Source: Candidatus Levyibacteriota bacterium (GTDB lineage: Bacteria; Patescibacteriota; Microgenomatia; Levybacterales; UBA12049). Taken from it: a stretch of 64,000 nt of DNA. The DNA lies in NCBI GenBank assembly GCA_030651475.1, contig JAUSEW010000027.1, forward strand, positions 109,614 through 173,613, given 5' to 3'. Shown here in pieces: positions 46,259 through 56,915 of the stretch; position 1 is the first letter of the stretch; the number at the start of each line of letters is the position of its first letter. Under the pieces are notes generated by a model. That model made no database searches. It was not told the origin of the DNA and saw nothing but the letters and a program-made list of their open reading frames with translations. A program made the position numbers and the translations under genes.

Positions 46259-48001
46259 TTAATTTTTTCTAGAATTAACAGTTAGATATATAATTTGCAG
46301 TAATAGTACTGTTATTATAGATGATAAGGAGAAGATGCTTATTAACTGGGAAATCGTTCTAATTTTGGTATTTTGGAATTTCAACTCTGCCTTATATATA
46401 CCACGATTTAATTTAAAGGTGATAACTCCCATGTATTTGGGATTTTTGAATTCGATTGGATGAGGGGAATTGTCTATAAACAATTCCCAGTTTGGGAAAT
46501 ATAAAGTGTTTTCTTTAATTATCACATCTGTTTTAGCATCAATTAGATATTCATGATCCGTTGGGTTTCTGTGGATTTGCTTGATTTCGGCTTTGCCCTT
46601 TATTGTTTCTATTGGTAATTTAGGTATATCTTTCAAAACAATATGATTTAAATTAGGATAAACTTTTTTATATATCGGGTCTAATGGGTCATAATATTCT
46701 GTATATAGCGTCTCGTAGCCCGCTCGGTTTATTTTTTGTTCAGGTACAGTTTTTCTGTTCCCCCAGTTGAGAATTGTTGAAAAAATTGTAAAAATACAGA
46801 TAATAAATACTATTTTTTTATTTAATTTTTTTGCAGTAATTGCTGCTATCGCTGATAATATAAAAGCAATGGGAACCAATAACCTCCATGCAAATTGAAA
46901 GTTATTAAGGTACGAAAAAGTTTCCCATATTTTTTTGGATTCTGATTGCGTCATGAAGGCTAGTATGAAAAAAGAAATTTGAAAAAATAGGAGAAACAAT
47001 CTTTCTCTTTTATTTCTAATTTTTTTAATTAGTAAAATTGATATAGCTAGTAGTAATAGCTGTGTATAGCCTAAAAGATAATACGTTTCCCCGTGGTGGC
47101 CTTGAAACAATAATCCGAACATAGTAGGAGAGTAAAAAAGTTCCCATAGTGATAAAAATCCAGTTGTAGGCAATGTAAAGGAATACAAAGTATATTGCAC
47201 TTCGAATTTTGCTGGTATCCAATAAAATGAAGATACTAACAATCCAAGAATTATAGAGCTAAGCCAATAAAGAAGGTCAATTTTTCTTTTATTTTTCTTT
47301 TTTACCCAAATAATAAAAGTATAAATGGCAACCAGATGAAGCGTGATTAGCGAGGTTGATAAATGTGACAACATTAGAAAAGCAAAGCTTATGGCTCCCA
47401 AAATTAAAAATTTATATTTTCTCGTTTCGATAATCTTTTTGGAAAATAGGAAAATTAATGGTATAAAAGCAAAAGATAAAGTTTCTCCAACAGATGCTCT
47501 AAAATGCATATCTACTAAATGATAAGGAGCAAAGAGATATACAAGTGATGCTAAAAATCCGGGAATTTTACCAAATTCTTCCTTTGCCCATAAATACATT
47601 GTAATCCCAGAGACTATATAGGCTGATATGAAAACTAATTTCATACTATTGAGGAAAGAAAATCCTATAAAGTGAAAAAGTGAGGCAAGATAAAATGGTA
47701 AGGGATACAAAAATATAAAAACTGGAGTTCCGTAACCAACATTCGTCCATTGTGGAAACAAATTTCCAGCTTGTAAATTTTCATAGAAAGACATGGCATA
47801 ATGAGCATGTAGAGTTAAATCTCCGCTCTCATAAGTTCCCTTTCTAAGGATGCTTATGAGAGGAAGTAGGGAGATTAAAATTAAGAGGAATAATGGATTA
47901 ATATTACGTTTTGGATAGATATACTTATAGATTAATACTCCGGAGAATAATGAAATTGAAGCAATTAAATTTACTACAACCATTCTATATACATCTATCA
48001 T
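46259..48001 (-). CDS. Polytopic membrane protein, GT-C-like glycosyltransferase candidate (paralog B)
   Basis: The N-terminus MIDVYRMVVVNLIASISL...RKGTYESGDL aligns with paralog A. Confidence 0.5.
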   Translation of the reverse strand: MIDVYRMVVVNLIASISLFSGVLIYKYIYPKRNINPLFLLILISLLPLISILRKGTYESGDLTLHAHYAMSFYENLQAGNLFPQWTNVGYGTPVFIFLYPLPFYLASLFHFIGFSFLNSMKLVFISAYIVSGITMYLWAKEEFGKIPGFLASLVYLFAPYHLVDMHFRASVGETLSFAFIPLIFLFSKKIIETRKYKFLILGAISFAFLMLSHLSTSLITLHLVAIYTFIIWVKKKNKRKIDLLYWLSSIILGLLVSSFYWIPAKFEVQYTLYSFTLPTTGFLSLWELFYSPTMFGLLFQGHHGETYYLLGYTQLLLLAISILLIKKIRNKRERLFLLFFQISFFILAFMTQSESKKIWETFSYLNNFQFAWRLLVPIAFILSAIAAITAKKLNKKIVFIICIFTIFSTILNWGNRKTVPEQKINRAGYETLYTEYYDPLDPIYKKVYPNLNHIVLKDIPKLPIETIKGKAEIKQIHRNPTDHEYLIDAKTDVIIKENTLYFPNWELFIDNSPHPIEFKNPKYMGVITFKLNRGIYKAELKFQNTKIRTISQLISIFSLSSIITVLLLQIIYLTVNSRKN

Positions 48002-48897
48002 AAGAATTTTATTTTATTGAGCGTTCCTTTTAGGTATCTTAAAAACTCTACAATCATAAATAAGACGAGTCTTGCTAAAATTCCTGCATAAACAACTAAG
48101 TTTATTAAAAAAAAGTTTTGATTTGAATAATGCTTGTTGTAATACAAAAATATTCCTTTATGGAAAAGAAATAATGCTCTTAGTCTAAATTTACTTGTCG
48201 TTCCTCCATGCATATGTTTTACTTGAATTTTTGGAAAATAATATACGTCCCACCCTGCTTTTATCGCCCTATAGCAATAATCTGTGTCTTCGCAGTAGAT
48301 AAAAAACTGTTCATCTAAATAGCCTATTTCCTCAATGAGACTTTTTCTTATCAGCATAAATGCTCCAAGACCTCCAACCTTTGCGGGTTCGTTGTCAGAA
48401 AGATAAGTCATATAATAATTTATAGATTTGATTTTCGGAAATAATTTATATAAACCAAATGGCTGGAAAAATGAGTTTTTCAAAGTAGGTATAGCATGCT
48501 TACAGGGAAGATCCGAAGATCCGTCATGTCTTATAATTTTGCAGCCGCAAATGCCAACGTTTCGATTGTTGTTCATAAAATCTATTAGTAGGTTTATCGA
48601 TGTGTCTTTCGTAAAGTTTACGTCGGAATTTAATTGAAGAATATATCTTCCCTTGGCGAGCTTTGTTCCAATATTACAGCTCTTGCTATATCCTAAATTT
48701 TTAATATTTCTTATTGCTTTGATTTTAGGAAAATATTTATTGATTATTTCTACAGAGTTGTCTGTAGACCCGTCATCTACGACAATAATCTCAAAAGAAA
48801 TATTCCTAGTGTTTCTATAAATAGAAGAAAGTGTATTTTTCAGTATTTTACTGGTGTTATAGTTACAGATGACTATTGATATGTCTGGAAGTTTCAT
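47998..48897 (-). CDS. GT2-family glycosyltransferase
   Basis: ISIVICNYNT and VVDDGSTDNS give the GT2 DxD region. Confidence 0.8.
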   Translation of the reverse strand: MKLPDISIVICNYNTSKILKNTLSSIYRNTRNISFEIIVVDDGSTDNSVEIINKYFPKIKAIRNIKNLGYSKSCNIGTKLAKGRYILQLNSDVNFTKDTSINLLIDFMNNNRNVGICGCKIIRHDGSSDLPCKHAIPTLKNSFFQPFGLYKLFPKIKSINYYMTYLSDNEPAKVGGLGAFMLIRKSLIEEIGYLDEQFFIYCEDTDYCYRAIKAGWDVYYFPKIQVKHMHGGTTSKFRLRALFLFHKGIFLYYNKHYSNQNFFLINLVVYAGILARLVLFMIVEFLRYLKGTLNKIKFL

Positions 48898-48987
48898 TCT
48901 ATGTACTGCATTTTAGCATTTCTTTGTTAAAAACGAAACTAAATTGAAAATGAGGTTAAATATAGAATTTTATGGTAGAATTGTTAG

Positions 48988-50247
48988 GTGTTAACGACAG
49001 TAAATAATTTAATAGAAATAAAAAAATGCAGAATATGTGAGGGAGCAGAGCTATTCGATGTGATTGATTTAGGCGATCAGCCGATTCCAAACGGTTTTTT
49101 GTCGAAAAAAGATCTTACGAAGAAAGAACCAAGATACCCCCTTATTGTTTGTTTTTGCAGCAATTGCTCATTGCTTCAGTTAAGATATTTAGTTAATCCC
49201 GAAGTTATGTTTAAGAATTACCTATACATACCGTCTTCTTCCAAGACAAGGGTTGAGCATTTTCGAAAACTTGCAGAAAGCATGAACTCAATTATTAAAT
49301 TAGATGATAAATCCCTAGTGATTGACATAGGAAGTAACGATGGGAGTTTGCTTATATGTTTTAGAAACTTAGGGGTAAGAGTTTTGGGAATAGATCCTGC
49401 GGAAAATCTGGTTAAAATAGCAGCTCTTAATGGGATTGAAACGATTAGGGGATATTTCGACTCTAAACTGGCATTAAAGACTGCAAGGAGATATGGAAAA
49501 GCAAAAATAATTCTGTCCACAAACACAATAGCTCATATCCCAAACCTTCATGAAGCATTAAAGGGAGTGAGTGTATTAATGGGAAAAGAAGGAATATTTG
49601 TAATGCAATTTCCATACGTTATGGATCTGCTCGATAAGAATCTTTTTGACACCATTTATCACGAGCATCTTTCGTATTTTTCTTTAAAATCTTTATTAAA
49701 GCTATCGGAAAAATCCGAGCTGGAAATATTTGATATAGAAAGAAATGACTTGGATGGTGGAGCAATAAGAGTATTTTGGAAAAGAAAGGCAGGGACACTA
49801 AATAAAGTTAATAAAAAAAACATAAACAGAATTCTTGAGGAAGAAAAGAAGTATGGTTTGTATGAAAAAAAAACGTATAGTAAATTTGCAGATAGAATAA
49901 AAACACTGAAAATTACCTTTTTGCAAAAGATTAGCGATCTTAAGAAAAATAAAAAGAAAATTGTCGGTTATGGAGCAGCAGCCAAAGCTAATGTTTTGTT
50001 GAATTATTTTGGGCTTGATACAAAAACCATAGATTATATCGTAGATTCCACTCCGTATAAGCAAGGGCTTTTTACTCCGGGTACACATATACCAATTTAT
50101 TCTGAAGATAAAATTTACAATACTATCCCTGATTACGTTTTGATTTTCGCTTGGAATTTCAGCAAAGAAATTATTCAAAAAAACAAGAAATATAAGGATA
50201 ATGGTGGAAAATTTATCCTTGCTGAGCCCAAACTGCAAATCATTTAG
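48988..50247 (+). CDS. NDP-sugar C-methyltransferase-like enzyme (Cys4 zinc-ribbon, SAM methyltransferase core, C-methyltransferase C-terminal domain)
   Basis: CRICEGA...CFCSNCS forms a Cys4 site. LVIDIGSNDGSLL is the SAM site. The C-terminal domain carries VGYGAAAKAN. Confidence 0.6.
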   Translation: MLTTVNNLIEIKKCRICEGAELFDVIDLGDQPIPNGFLSKKDLTKKEPRYPLIVCFCSNCSLLQLRYLVNPEVMFKNYLYIPSSSKTRVEHFRKLAESMNSIIKLDDKSLVIDIGSNDGSLLICFRNLGVRVLGIDPAENLVKIAALNGIETIRGYFDSKLALKTARRYGKAKIILSTNTIAHIPNLHEALKGVSVLMGKEGIFVMQFPYVMDLLDKNLFDTIYHEHLSYFSLKSLLKLSEKSELEIFDIERNDLDGGAIRVFWKRKAGTLNKVNKKNINRILEEEKKYGLYEKKTYSKFADRIKTLKITFLQKISDLKKNKKKIVGYGAAAKANVLLNYFGLDTKTIDYIVDSTPYKQGLFTPGTHIPIYSEDKIYNTIPDYVLIFAWNFSKEIIQKNKKYKDNGGKFILAEPKLQII

Positions 50248-50252
50248 AAGGT

Positions 50253-51176
50253 ATGAAGATTTCATTTATCGCAACAGTTTTGAATGAAGAGAATAATATT
50301 GAGAAATTTTTATATTCAGTTGTTGTTCAATCTCGTAAGGCAGATCAAATTATTATTGTTGATGGTGGTTCCACCGATCGTACTGTTTCTCGAATCTCCA
50401 GCTTCGGCACCAAAATTAAATTAATAATTAAAAAAGGCAATAGATCCATTGGAAGAAATGAGGCGATAAGACAAGCTACGGGAGATATTATCGTTTGTTC
50501 TGACGCAGGCTGCATATTGGATAAAAATTGGATTAAAGGAATTACGGAGCCATTTAGGGAGCAGGATGTAGATGTTGTTGCGGGTTACTATAGAGGAGAA
50601 CCTAAAAATTCTTTTGAGAAATGTATAATTCCCTATTTCTTAGTCATGGAAGATCGAGTAGATCCGAATAATTTTCTCCCGGCAACAAGGTCAATGGCTT
50701 TCAAGAAATCAATTTGGGAAAGGGTTGGAGGATTTCCTGAAAAATTTAGCAATAACGAAGATTATATATTTGCAAGAAACCTTAAAAGAATAAAAGCAAA
50801 AATCGTTTTTGAGAAAGATGCGATAGCTTATTGGTTACCGAAAGAAAATCTTAAAGAAGTACTTATCTCTTTCTATCGTTTTGCAAAAGGCGATACGGAG
50901 TCAGGAATTTTCAGACCCAAGGTAATCATCCTTTTTATGCGTTATTTTATCGGGTTAATTCTCCTATTTACTTTTGTAGTATTAAAAATATACATAATAT
51001 TCAATACATTATACTTAATACTTATTTTATATATTCTTTGGTCAATATTTAAAAATTATAAATACGTAAGGAGATTAGAAGCGCTATATTACTTGCCTTT
51101 AATTCAAATAAGCAGCGATCTGGCAATCATAATTGGGACTGCTGTCGGTTTACTTCGTCGTAAGAAAGCTAGTTAA
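50253..51176 (+). CDS. GT2-family glycosyltransferase with C-terminal TM helices
   Basis: ISFIATVLNEENNI and IIVDGGSTDRT. Confidence 0.75.
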   Translation: MKISFIATVLNEENNIEKFLYSVVVQSRKADQIIIVDGGSTDRTVSRISSFGTKIKLIIKKGNRSIGRNEAIRQATGDIIVCSDAGCILDKNWIKGITEPFREQDVDVVAGYYRGEPKNSFEKCIIPYFLVMEDRVDPNNFLPATRSMAFKKSIWERVGGFPEKFSNNEDYIFARNLKRIKAKIVFEKDAIAYWLPKENLKEVLISFYRFAKGDTESGIFRPKVIILFMRYFIGLILLFTFVVLKIYIIFNTLYLILILYILWSIFKNYKYVRRLEALYYLPLIQISSDLAIIIGTAVGLLRRKKAS

Positions 51177-51179
51177 ATT

Positions 51180-52835
51180 ATGGACAATAAATTAGTTTCT
51201 CTTAAAAATATTTGCTTGTCCCCTCTTTTCGTAGGAATAATATTTTTTTTATCACTACAGCTTCAATTGTTCAATTTAGATATAGGCTTTAGGGATGAAG
51301 GTTATTTGTTAAATAATGCCCAAAGAATAAATAATGGCGAAATGCCCTACGTAGATTTCTTCTTAGCTATTACACCGGGAACTTACTACATTCAAGCTTT
51401 TGTTATGAAAATATTTGGTAACTATATTATTACAGACAGAATTCTTTACATACTGTGCGTTATCTTAATTTTAATATTAAGTTCAAGGCTGTTTAAATTT
51501 ACATCATATTTAAACTACATATTTTTAATATCTTTAGGAATCATATATGCTGGTAAGCTATCGTTTGCATCCTACAACATTGAAGCTCTAGTTTTTATTA
51601 TAATTTCACTTTTACTATTTAATAAATTGATAAGTAATGATAGGGAACACAAATATTCATTTCTAATTGGATTAATGAACTCTATCGTTTTTATTTTCAA
51701 ACAAAGCTATGGCGGAGTATTCTTTCTTACGCTTTTAATTTTGATAACATTTTTTACAAAACGCAGATATTTGGCCAAAAACATTTTTTTATATTTATTA
51801 GGGGGCTTAATAGTGCCCGCTATTTTTTCATTATTCTTTTATTTAAACGGTTCCCTATATAAATTAGTTAATGCCATATTTTATTCTGCATTGTCTGTAA
51901 AAAACGATCGATTGCCATTTATTTTAACATCACTTTTATTTATTGCATTTTTTGCGTTTGTTTTTAATTTTGCTAAAAAGTTTTCTTTGAAAAGAATAAT
52001 TTTATCAGTATGTCTTTTTTTACTCTTTCTTGCCTTATATATCTTAATATCTCCAGGCAGAATGCATTACATATATGGTTTTTATAAAGATACCTCGGTG
52101 TATTATTTCTTGATTTTTCTTACAGCGCCAATAATTTTAATTAATTTATTTTTTAAATCAAATAGTAAGCAAGAAAGATATCTGGTGATTATATCTATCG
52201 AAGCGCTAGGCCTGTTTTTGGCAAGTGCTTTTTCAGGCAGAGATTATGCGACAGTGGTGGTAACGGCTCCTTTATATATACCGCTTTTTTTCTACGCTTT
52301 AGTAATTATATGCAAAAAATTTAGGTTACCTACAAATAACATCTTAATAACGTTATTATTAGCATTATTTATATTTCCATCCATCTCCTATCTAGCTAAG
52401 ACTTATGGAAAATTGTACGGAATAGGATATGATAAGGAAATTTATGTCAATTTGAATATAAAGCAAGCAAAATATATTAATATTCCGATAAGTCAAAAAA
52501 ATGATTTGGAACCATTAATTGATTACGTAAAAAAAGTATCGTTGAATAATGGTAAATTACTCTGTTTTCCATATTGTCCACTTCTAAATTTTTTGACTGA
52601 CAGGGATAACGCATCATATTTTAATTTTTTCTATAAATTTAGACCAGGCGATCAAAACAAGGTCATAGTGGATATTGGTAATAATAAAAATATAATTATT
52701 CTAATACAAAAAATGGGAGAAATAGAAAAAGAAGCGAATTACGAAGACGAAAAACTTAGTGTTTTAAAAACATTTATTCAAACGAATTACAAGCCAACTA
52801 AAACCACGCAGAATTTTTATATTTACAAAAATTAA
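51180..52835 (+). CDS. Polytopic membrane protein, GT-C-like (DE motif in the first loop)
   Basis: Many TM helices. RDEGY sits in the first extracytoplasmic loop. Confidence 0.5.
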   Translation: MDNKLVSLKNICLSPLFVGIIFFLSLQLQLFNLDIGFRDEGYLLNNAQRINNGEMPYVDFFLAITPGTYYIQAFVMKIFGNYIITDRILYILCVILILILSSRLFKFTSYLNYIFLISLGIIYAGKLSFASYNIEALVFIIISLLLFNKLISNDREHKYSFLIGLMNSIVFIFKQSYGGVFFLTLLILITFFTKRRYLAKNIFLYLLGGLIVPAIFSLFFYLNGSLYKLVNAIFYSALSVKNDRLPFILTSLLFIAFFAFVFNFAKKFSLKRIILSVCLFLLFLALYILISPGRMHYIYGFYKDTSVYYFLIFLTAPIILINLFFKSNSKQERYLVIISIEALGLFLASAFSGRDYATVVVTAPLYIPLFFYALVIICKKFRLPTNNILITLLLALFIFPSISYLAKTYGKLYGIGYDKEIYVNLNIKQAKYINIPISQKNDLEPLIDYVKKVSLNNGKLLCFPYCPLLNFLTDRDNASYFNFFYKFRPGDQNKVIVDIGNNKNIIILIQKMGEIEKEANYEDEKLSVLKTFIQTNYKPTKTTQNFYIYKN

Positions 52836-52841
52836 AGCAGT

Positions 52842-53243
52842 ATGAATAAAAAGAATCTTAACAAACTTTTTAATATTTATTTAGCTTTGTTGTCTTTAGT
52901 ATTGCTTAATAGTTTATTCCCTCATGCTCTGCCTACGCATAAAATAATTTATTTTTTTACGATATTAATAATTTTAGCGCCTATGTTTTTACTTCTGATT
53001 AACCTTCTGAATCTAAAAGGTTTTATAAAGTTTGTTATTTATTTGGGACTATTTGATCTAACCTTATTCTTATCTTTCAGATTCCTGAGGACATTATTTC
53101 CACTGCCGGAAATTTTGGGCAATAAAATAATAGGATATGCGCAGTATTTTGGCTATCCTATTTATTTCGACAATCTAGTTTTTATTATCCTATTTTTTAT
53201 TCCTGCTTTGATTTTCCTAATTTTATTTAATAAGAAAAGATGA
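52842..53243 (+). CDS. Small membrane protein (4 TM helices)
   Basis: ORF and hydrophobicity only. Confidence 0.4.
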   Translation: MNKKNLNKLFNIYLALLSLVLLNSLFPHALPTHKIIYFFTILIILAPMFLLLINLLNLKGFIKFVIYLGLFDLTLFLSFRFLRTLFPLPEILGNKIIGYAQYFGYPIYFDNLVFIILFFIPALIFLILFNKKR

Positions 53244-55231
53244 AATTGCCATTAACCATTAAAAAATTTAATTTGGATACAGTATTGGTTTTCGTGTTGA
53301 CCTTAGCTATTTCAATTAAGGATTTTTTGTTTTCTTGTGTCAGTTTCTCGCAATTCAGCTTTGATTATCAAATACCATTAAGTTGGTACTTTGCAGCTTC
53401 AAAAAATCTTTTGCCATACAGAGATATTTATTATCCCTATGGCATAATGTTTTATTTTAGAGATCATAATATTGTTTTAAGTTTGTTTTACTTAATTTTA
53501 ATGCCCGTTTTGTTTACAGGTATTTTTATTCTTTTTATGAAGCTATGGGGAAATAGGGTATTTGCATATATTTCTTTTATTTCACTTTTTATATTTATAG
53601 CGAAATTTTCAGGATGGGAAAATTTTAATAGATATGGAATTATTCTTCTCTTGACATTAATTTTTTCTTTTATATTTGCAAAAAAAGAATGTGTGGGAAA
53701 AAAGATGATATTTACGATGGGATTCATAACAGGTGTCATTTTCTCGCTCGTAAACGATCAGGGAATATATGTATTAGCGGTATTCATATTATTCCTAGCG
53801 ACTGATTCATTAATTAGACACAGTATAAGCAAATTGTTTAATTTAGGCTATTGTTTCCTATTGGTGAGACAAATGCTTGTTTTTTTTATCGGTTTAGTCT
53901 TAGGCATAAGTCCCTATGTGTATTTTTTGATTGCAAATAAAGCGGTTTTGGGTTTTATTAATTACCTAAAAAGCTTACTGGATTTTTCACTTTATGCAAA
54001 GACTCCGTTCATTCCTTTTTCTATGACATCGGATAATATATTTACATTTCTTATTTTATCATCAACAATTCTTCTTCTCGTAATTAAATTAGCATCATTT
54101 AGAAAAATTTCTTCACTAGCTTCTTATATGGAGATAGGTATTGTCTTTGTAATTCTTTTATTGGAGCAAAAGAGCTTTATTCGTTCCATAAGCACACAAA
54201 TTACTTTTATCAGTTTCTTATTATTTCTAATCCTATTTTATGAAATATGTTTAGTTCTAATCAGATGCGAGATAAAATATTACAAAATTGTAATTTATTA
54301 TATTTTACTTTGTTTAGTAATTTTATTTGCCTTGAGCTTACATCCAATGAGTTTCTATACAGAAATCAATTATGCGTATAAAGGAATAAGCATAGATAAG
54401 GAGTGTCTTAAGACAAATTTGGTTTTTTTATCTAGCAAAGATGAAAAGTATATTCTAGCAAAAGAAACAATAAGGAAAGATGCACGTTCAAGTACTAAAA
54501 TTTTTGATTATCTAAGCGATCCAATTTTTTATCCGTTATTTAATCAGAATCCTCCCTTTTATTTTACGATATTTGAGGCAACTCCCGAATATGCCCAAAA
54601 TAGGAATATAGAATATATAAAAAAGAATAAAATAAATTATGTCATTTACAATACGGATGTCGTAAGATTGCAGGATGGCGTTCCTGACTATGCAAGACAA
54701 AACAAATTATTTAAGTTTATCCTAAATAACTTTTCAGTTTATGATAAAGTTGATAATTTTATTATTTTCAAAAGAACAGCCAATGGCGTTTGGGAAAATG
54801 ACAATTTAGATAAAATTCCAAGCTTCAGGCAATACATTCTTAATGTTAATTTAGAATCTATTCCTAAGTCAGAGGGTATTTACAAAAGTAAAACAATTAA
54901 TAAATTGAAGCAAATAGCTTCCTCAAATTCCATAAATGAGATTAATAACTTTTTTACTAAAAATAATATCAGTTCGGATGATAAGATTTTGGTTCTAACG
55001 CCAGATTCGAATATAAGTACTAAAAAAACGGAAATAATAATAACTACAAACGATTTAGAGACAACGGCAATTATTTTTAATAAGTGTGATGCTAATGATC
55101 AATGCATAATTAATCTTTCAAATGTGCCTCTTTTTTATAAAAATAGAACTATAAAAAAGATAGAAATAGATAAAAATTTCAGCGGAAATATAAAGATATT
55201 GAATGGTAATTCGCCAAATAGTTTATGGTAA
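53240..55231 (+). CDS. Polytopic membrane protein with a C-terminal soluble domain
   Basis: ORF and hydrophobicity only. Confidence 0.45.
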   Translation: MKLPLTIKKFNLDTVLVFVLTLAISIKDFLFSCVSFSQFSFDYQIPLSWYFAASKNLLPYRDIYYPYGIMFYFRDHNIVLSLFYLILMPVLFTGIFILFMKLWGNRVFAYISFISLFIFIAKFSGWENFNRYGIILLLTLIFSFIFAKKECVGKKMIFTMGFITGVIFSLVNDQGIYVLAVFILFLATDSLIRHSISKLFNLGYCFLLVRQMLVFFIGLVLGISPYVYFLIANKAVLGFINYLKSLLDFSLYAKTPFIPFSMTSDNIFTFLILSSTILLLVIKLASFRKISSLASYMEIGIVFVILLLEQKSFIRSISTQITFISFLLFLILFYEICLVLIRCEIKYYKIVIYYILLCLVILFALSLHPMSFYTEINYAYKGISIDKECLKTNLVFLSSKDEKYILAKETIRKDARSSTKIFDYLSDPIFYPLFNQNPPFYFTIFEATPEYAQNRNIEYIKKNKINYVIYNTDVVRLQDGVPDYARQNKLFKFILNNFSVYDKVDNFIIFKRTANGVWENDNLDKIPSFRQYILNVNLESIPKSEGIYKSKTINKLKQIASSNSINEINNFFTKNNISSDDKILVLTPDSNISTKKTEIIITTNDLETTAIIFNKCDANDQCIINLSNVPLFYKNRTIKKIEIDKNFSGNIKILNGNSPNSLW

Positions 55232-56880
55232 TTTTAAAATTTAAAAAGAAGCTGTTAGATATTTACTTAAGTTTTACTAATTGGATATTGGAAAACAAAT
55301 TTCTCTTTTGTGTTTTAATAGTTTATGCAATATCAATGCTAACTGTTATCGATTGGGGCATACCGGGGATAGATCACCCATTTAATTATCAAATGGATGA
55401 ATGGCATCAACTTCAAGCGATAAAGACGACGTTTAAAGACTTTTCCGCAAATGTTCCGGGATCTGCTCATGGAACCATGTTGCATTTTATCCTATCAGGA
55501 CTATATCTTGCTCCATTTTATCTAGCTAAAATAATTAACCCTTTTACCATCAAGTCTTCCGTTGAATTCTTGCAGGTCCAGCAAAAACTTTTTGAAATTC
55601 TAAGATTAAATACTCTTATTTTTGGCTTGCTTTCTATATTTTTTATCGCAAAGGTTGCAAGGGAGCATCTCAAAATGAATCAAAATATAGTAATAATTTT
55701 GTTTGCGGTTACTCCTTTATGGATGTCTCTTAGCAATTACTTTAAGTACGATATTGCACTAGTATTTTGGATAATTATATCCTTGCATTATTTGTTAAAA
55801 TTCGGATCAAAACCGACGTTGCAAAATTATTTACTTGCCGGAGTTTTTTGCTCCCTGGCCGTTGCTACTAAAATTAGCGCTTTGCCACTACTTATTCCCT
55901 ATATTCTTTCCTTCTTCTGGTTTAACAAAAAATTGAAGTTAACGGGACTTTTAATTGGATTATTAATTTTCTTTATAATTTTCATTTTTTTGGGTATTCC
56001 GGATTTGATATTAGGGAAAGGTAATTGGAGTGAATTTCTATATTCAAATTTGACTTCCAGTTCAAGCGCATATGGCAATCTCCTGACAGGGTTTAATAGC
56101 TGGTGGCAATATATACTGCTCAAAATCTTTCCTATGGATTTTGGTTATGGATTTTTTATCATATTTGTAATTGGAATACTCTATTGGATAATTTTATTCC
56201 TGAAGAGGGTTTTCAATAAGAGACAATATTTATATAAAAATGAATTTTTTTTGCTATTTTGTTTTTTGTTATTTTTACTCAGTATAATTCCCTTAAAGCT
56301 TGGAGCTAATGGCAATAGACTGTTGGTTTTGTTGCCCTTTTTCGCTCTTCTTTCGGGTGCCTTTTTGCAAAGAATAAAAAACACTTTAATCAATTATAAA
56401 TCAATATTAACCACGCTATTCATGCTAATTTTTACAATCCAATTCTATCAGTCAATAATAACGGTTTACGTTAAATGGTTGCCGGATGTAAGACAGATAT
56501 CTTCTCAATGGATAGAAAAAAATATAGAAAAGGGTACATTAATCGGCATAGAAAATATTCCCATATATCAATTGTTACCAGATATTGTCGTTAAGGATTT
56601 TTATTCAAAAGACAGAAGTTATGACTATCAAATAATTGATGCATCAAGTAAGACTATCCCGTCACTAGTAATTGTGACAGGTAAAGAGCTTGATCTTAAT
56701 TATCTTAAAGTATCAGCTAAAAAACGATTACTAAGAAGATTGATGGAAGAAGAATATAAGCAGATAATGGAATTTTATCCGCCTAAAATTTTATACTTAT
56801 TCGCAGGAAATGAACTGAATTATTCTATTTCAGGTTTAGCTCCAATATCTACGATATCGATATTTAAAAAAGATAAATGA
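55225..56880 (+). CDS. ArnT/PMT-like GT-C glycosyltransferase
   Basis: The DE motif QMDEWHQL sits in the first loop. Many TM helices. Confidence 0.55.
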   Translation: MVILKFKKKLLDIYLSFTNWILENKFLFCVLIVYAISMLTVIDWGIPGIDHPFNYQMDEWHQLQAIKTTFKDFSANVPGSAHGTMLHFILSGLYLAPFYLAKIINPFTIKSSVEFLQVQQKLFEILRLNTLIFGLLSIFFIAKVAREHLKMNQNIVIILFAVTPLWMSLSNYFKYDIALVFWIIISLHYLLKFGSKPTLQNYLLAGVFCSLAVATKISALPLLIPYILSFFWFNKKLKLTGLLIGLLIFFIIFIFLGIPDLILGKGNWSEFLYSNLTSSSSAYGNLLTGFNSWWQYILLKIFPMDFGYGFFIIFVIGILYWIILFLKRVFNKRQYLYKNEFFLLFCFLLFLLSIIPLKLGANGNRLLVLLPFFALLSGAFLQRIKNTLINYKSILTTLFMLIFTIQFYQSIITVYVKWLPDVRQISSQWIEKNIEKGTLIGIENIPIYQLLPDIVVKDFYSKDRSYDYQIIDASSKTIPSLVIVTGKELDLNYLKVSAKKRLLRRLMEEEYKQIMEFYPPKILYLFAGNELNYSISGLAPISTISIFKKDK

Positions 56881-56915
56881 ACATTATTAGCCATAAGGAT
56901 ATATAATTGTAAAAT

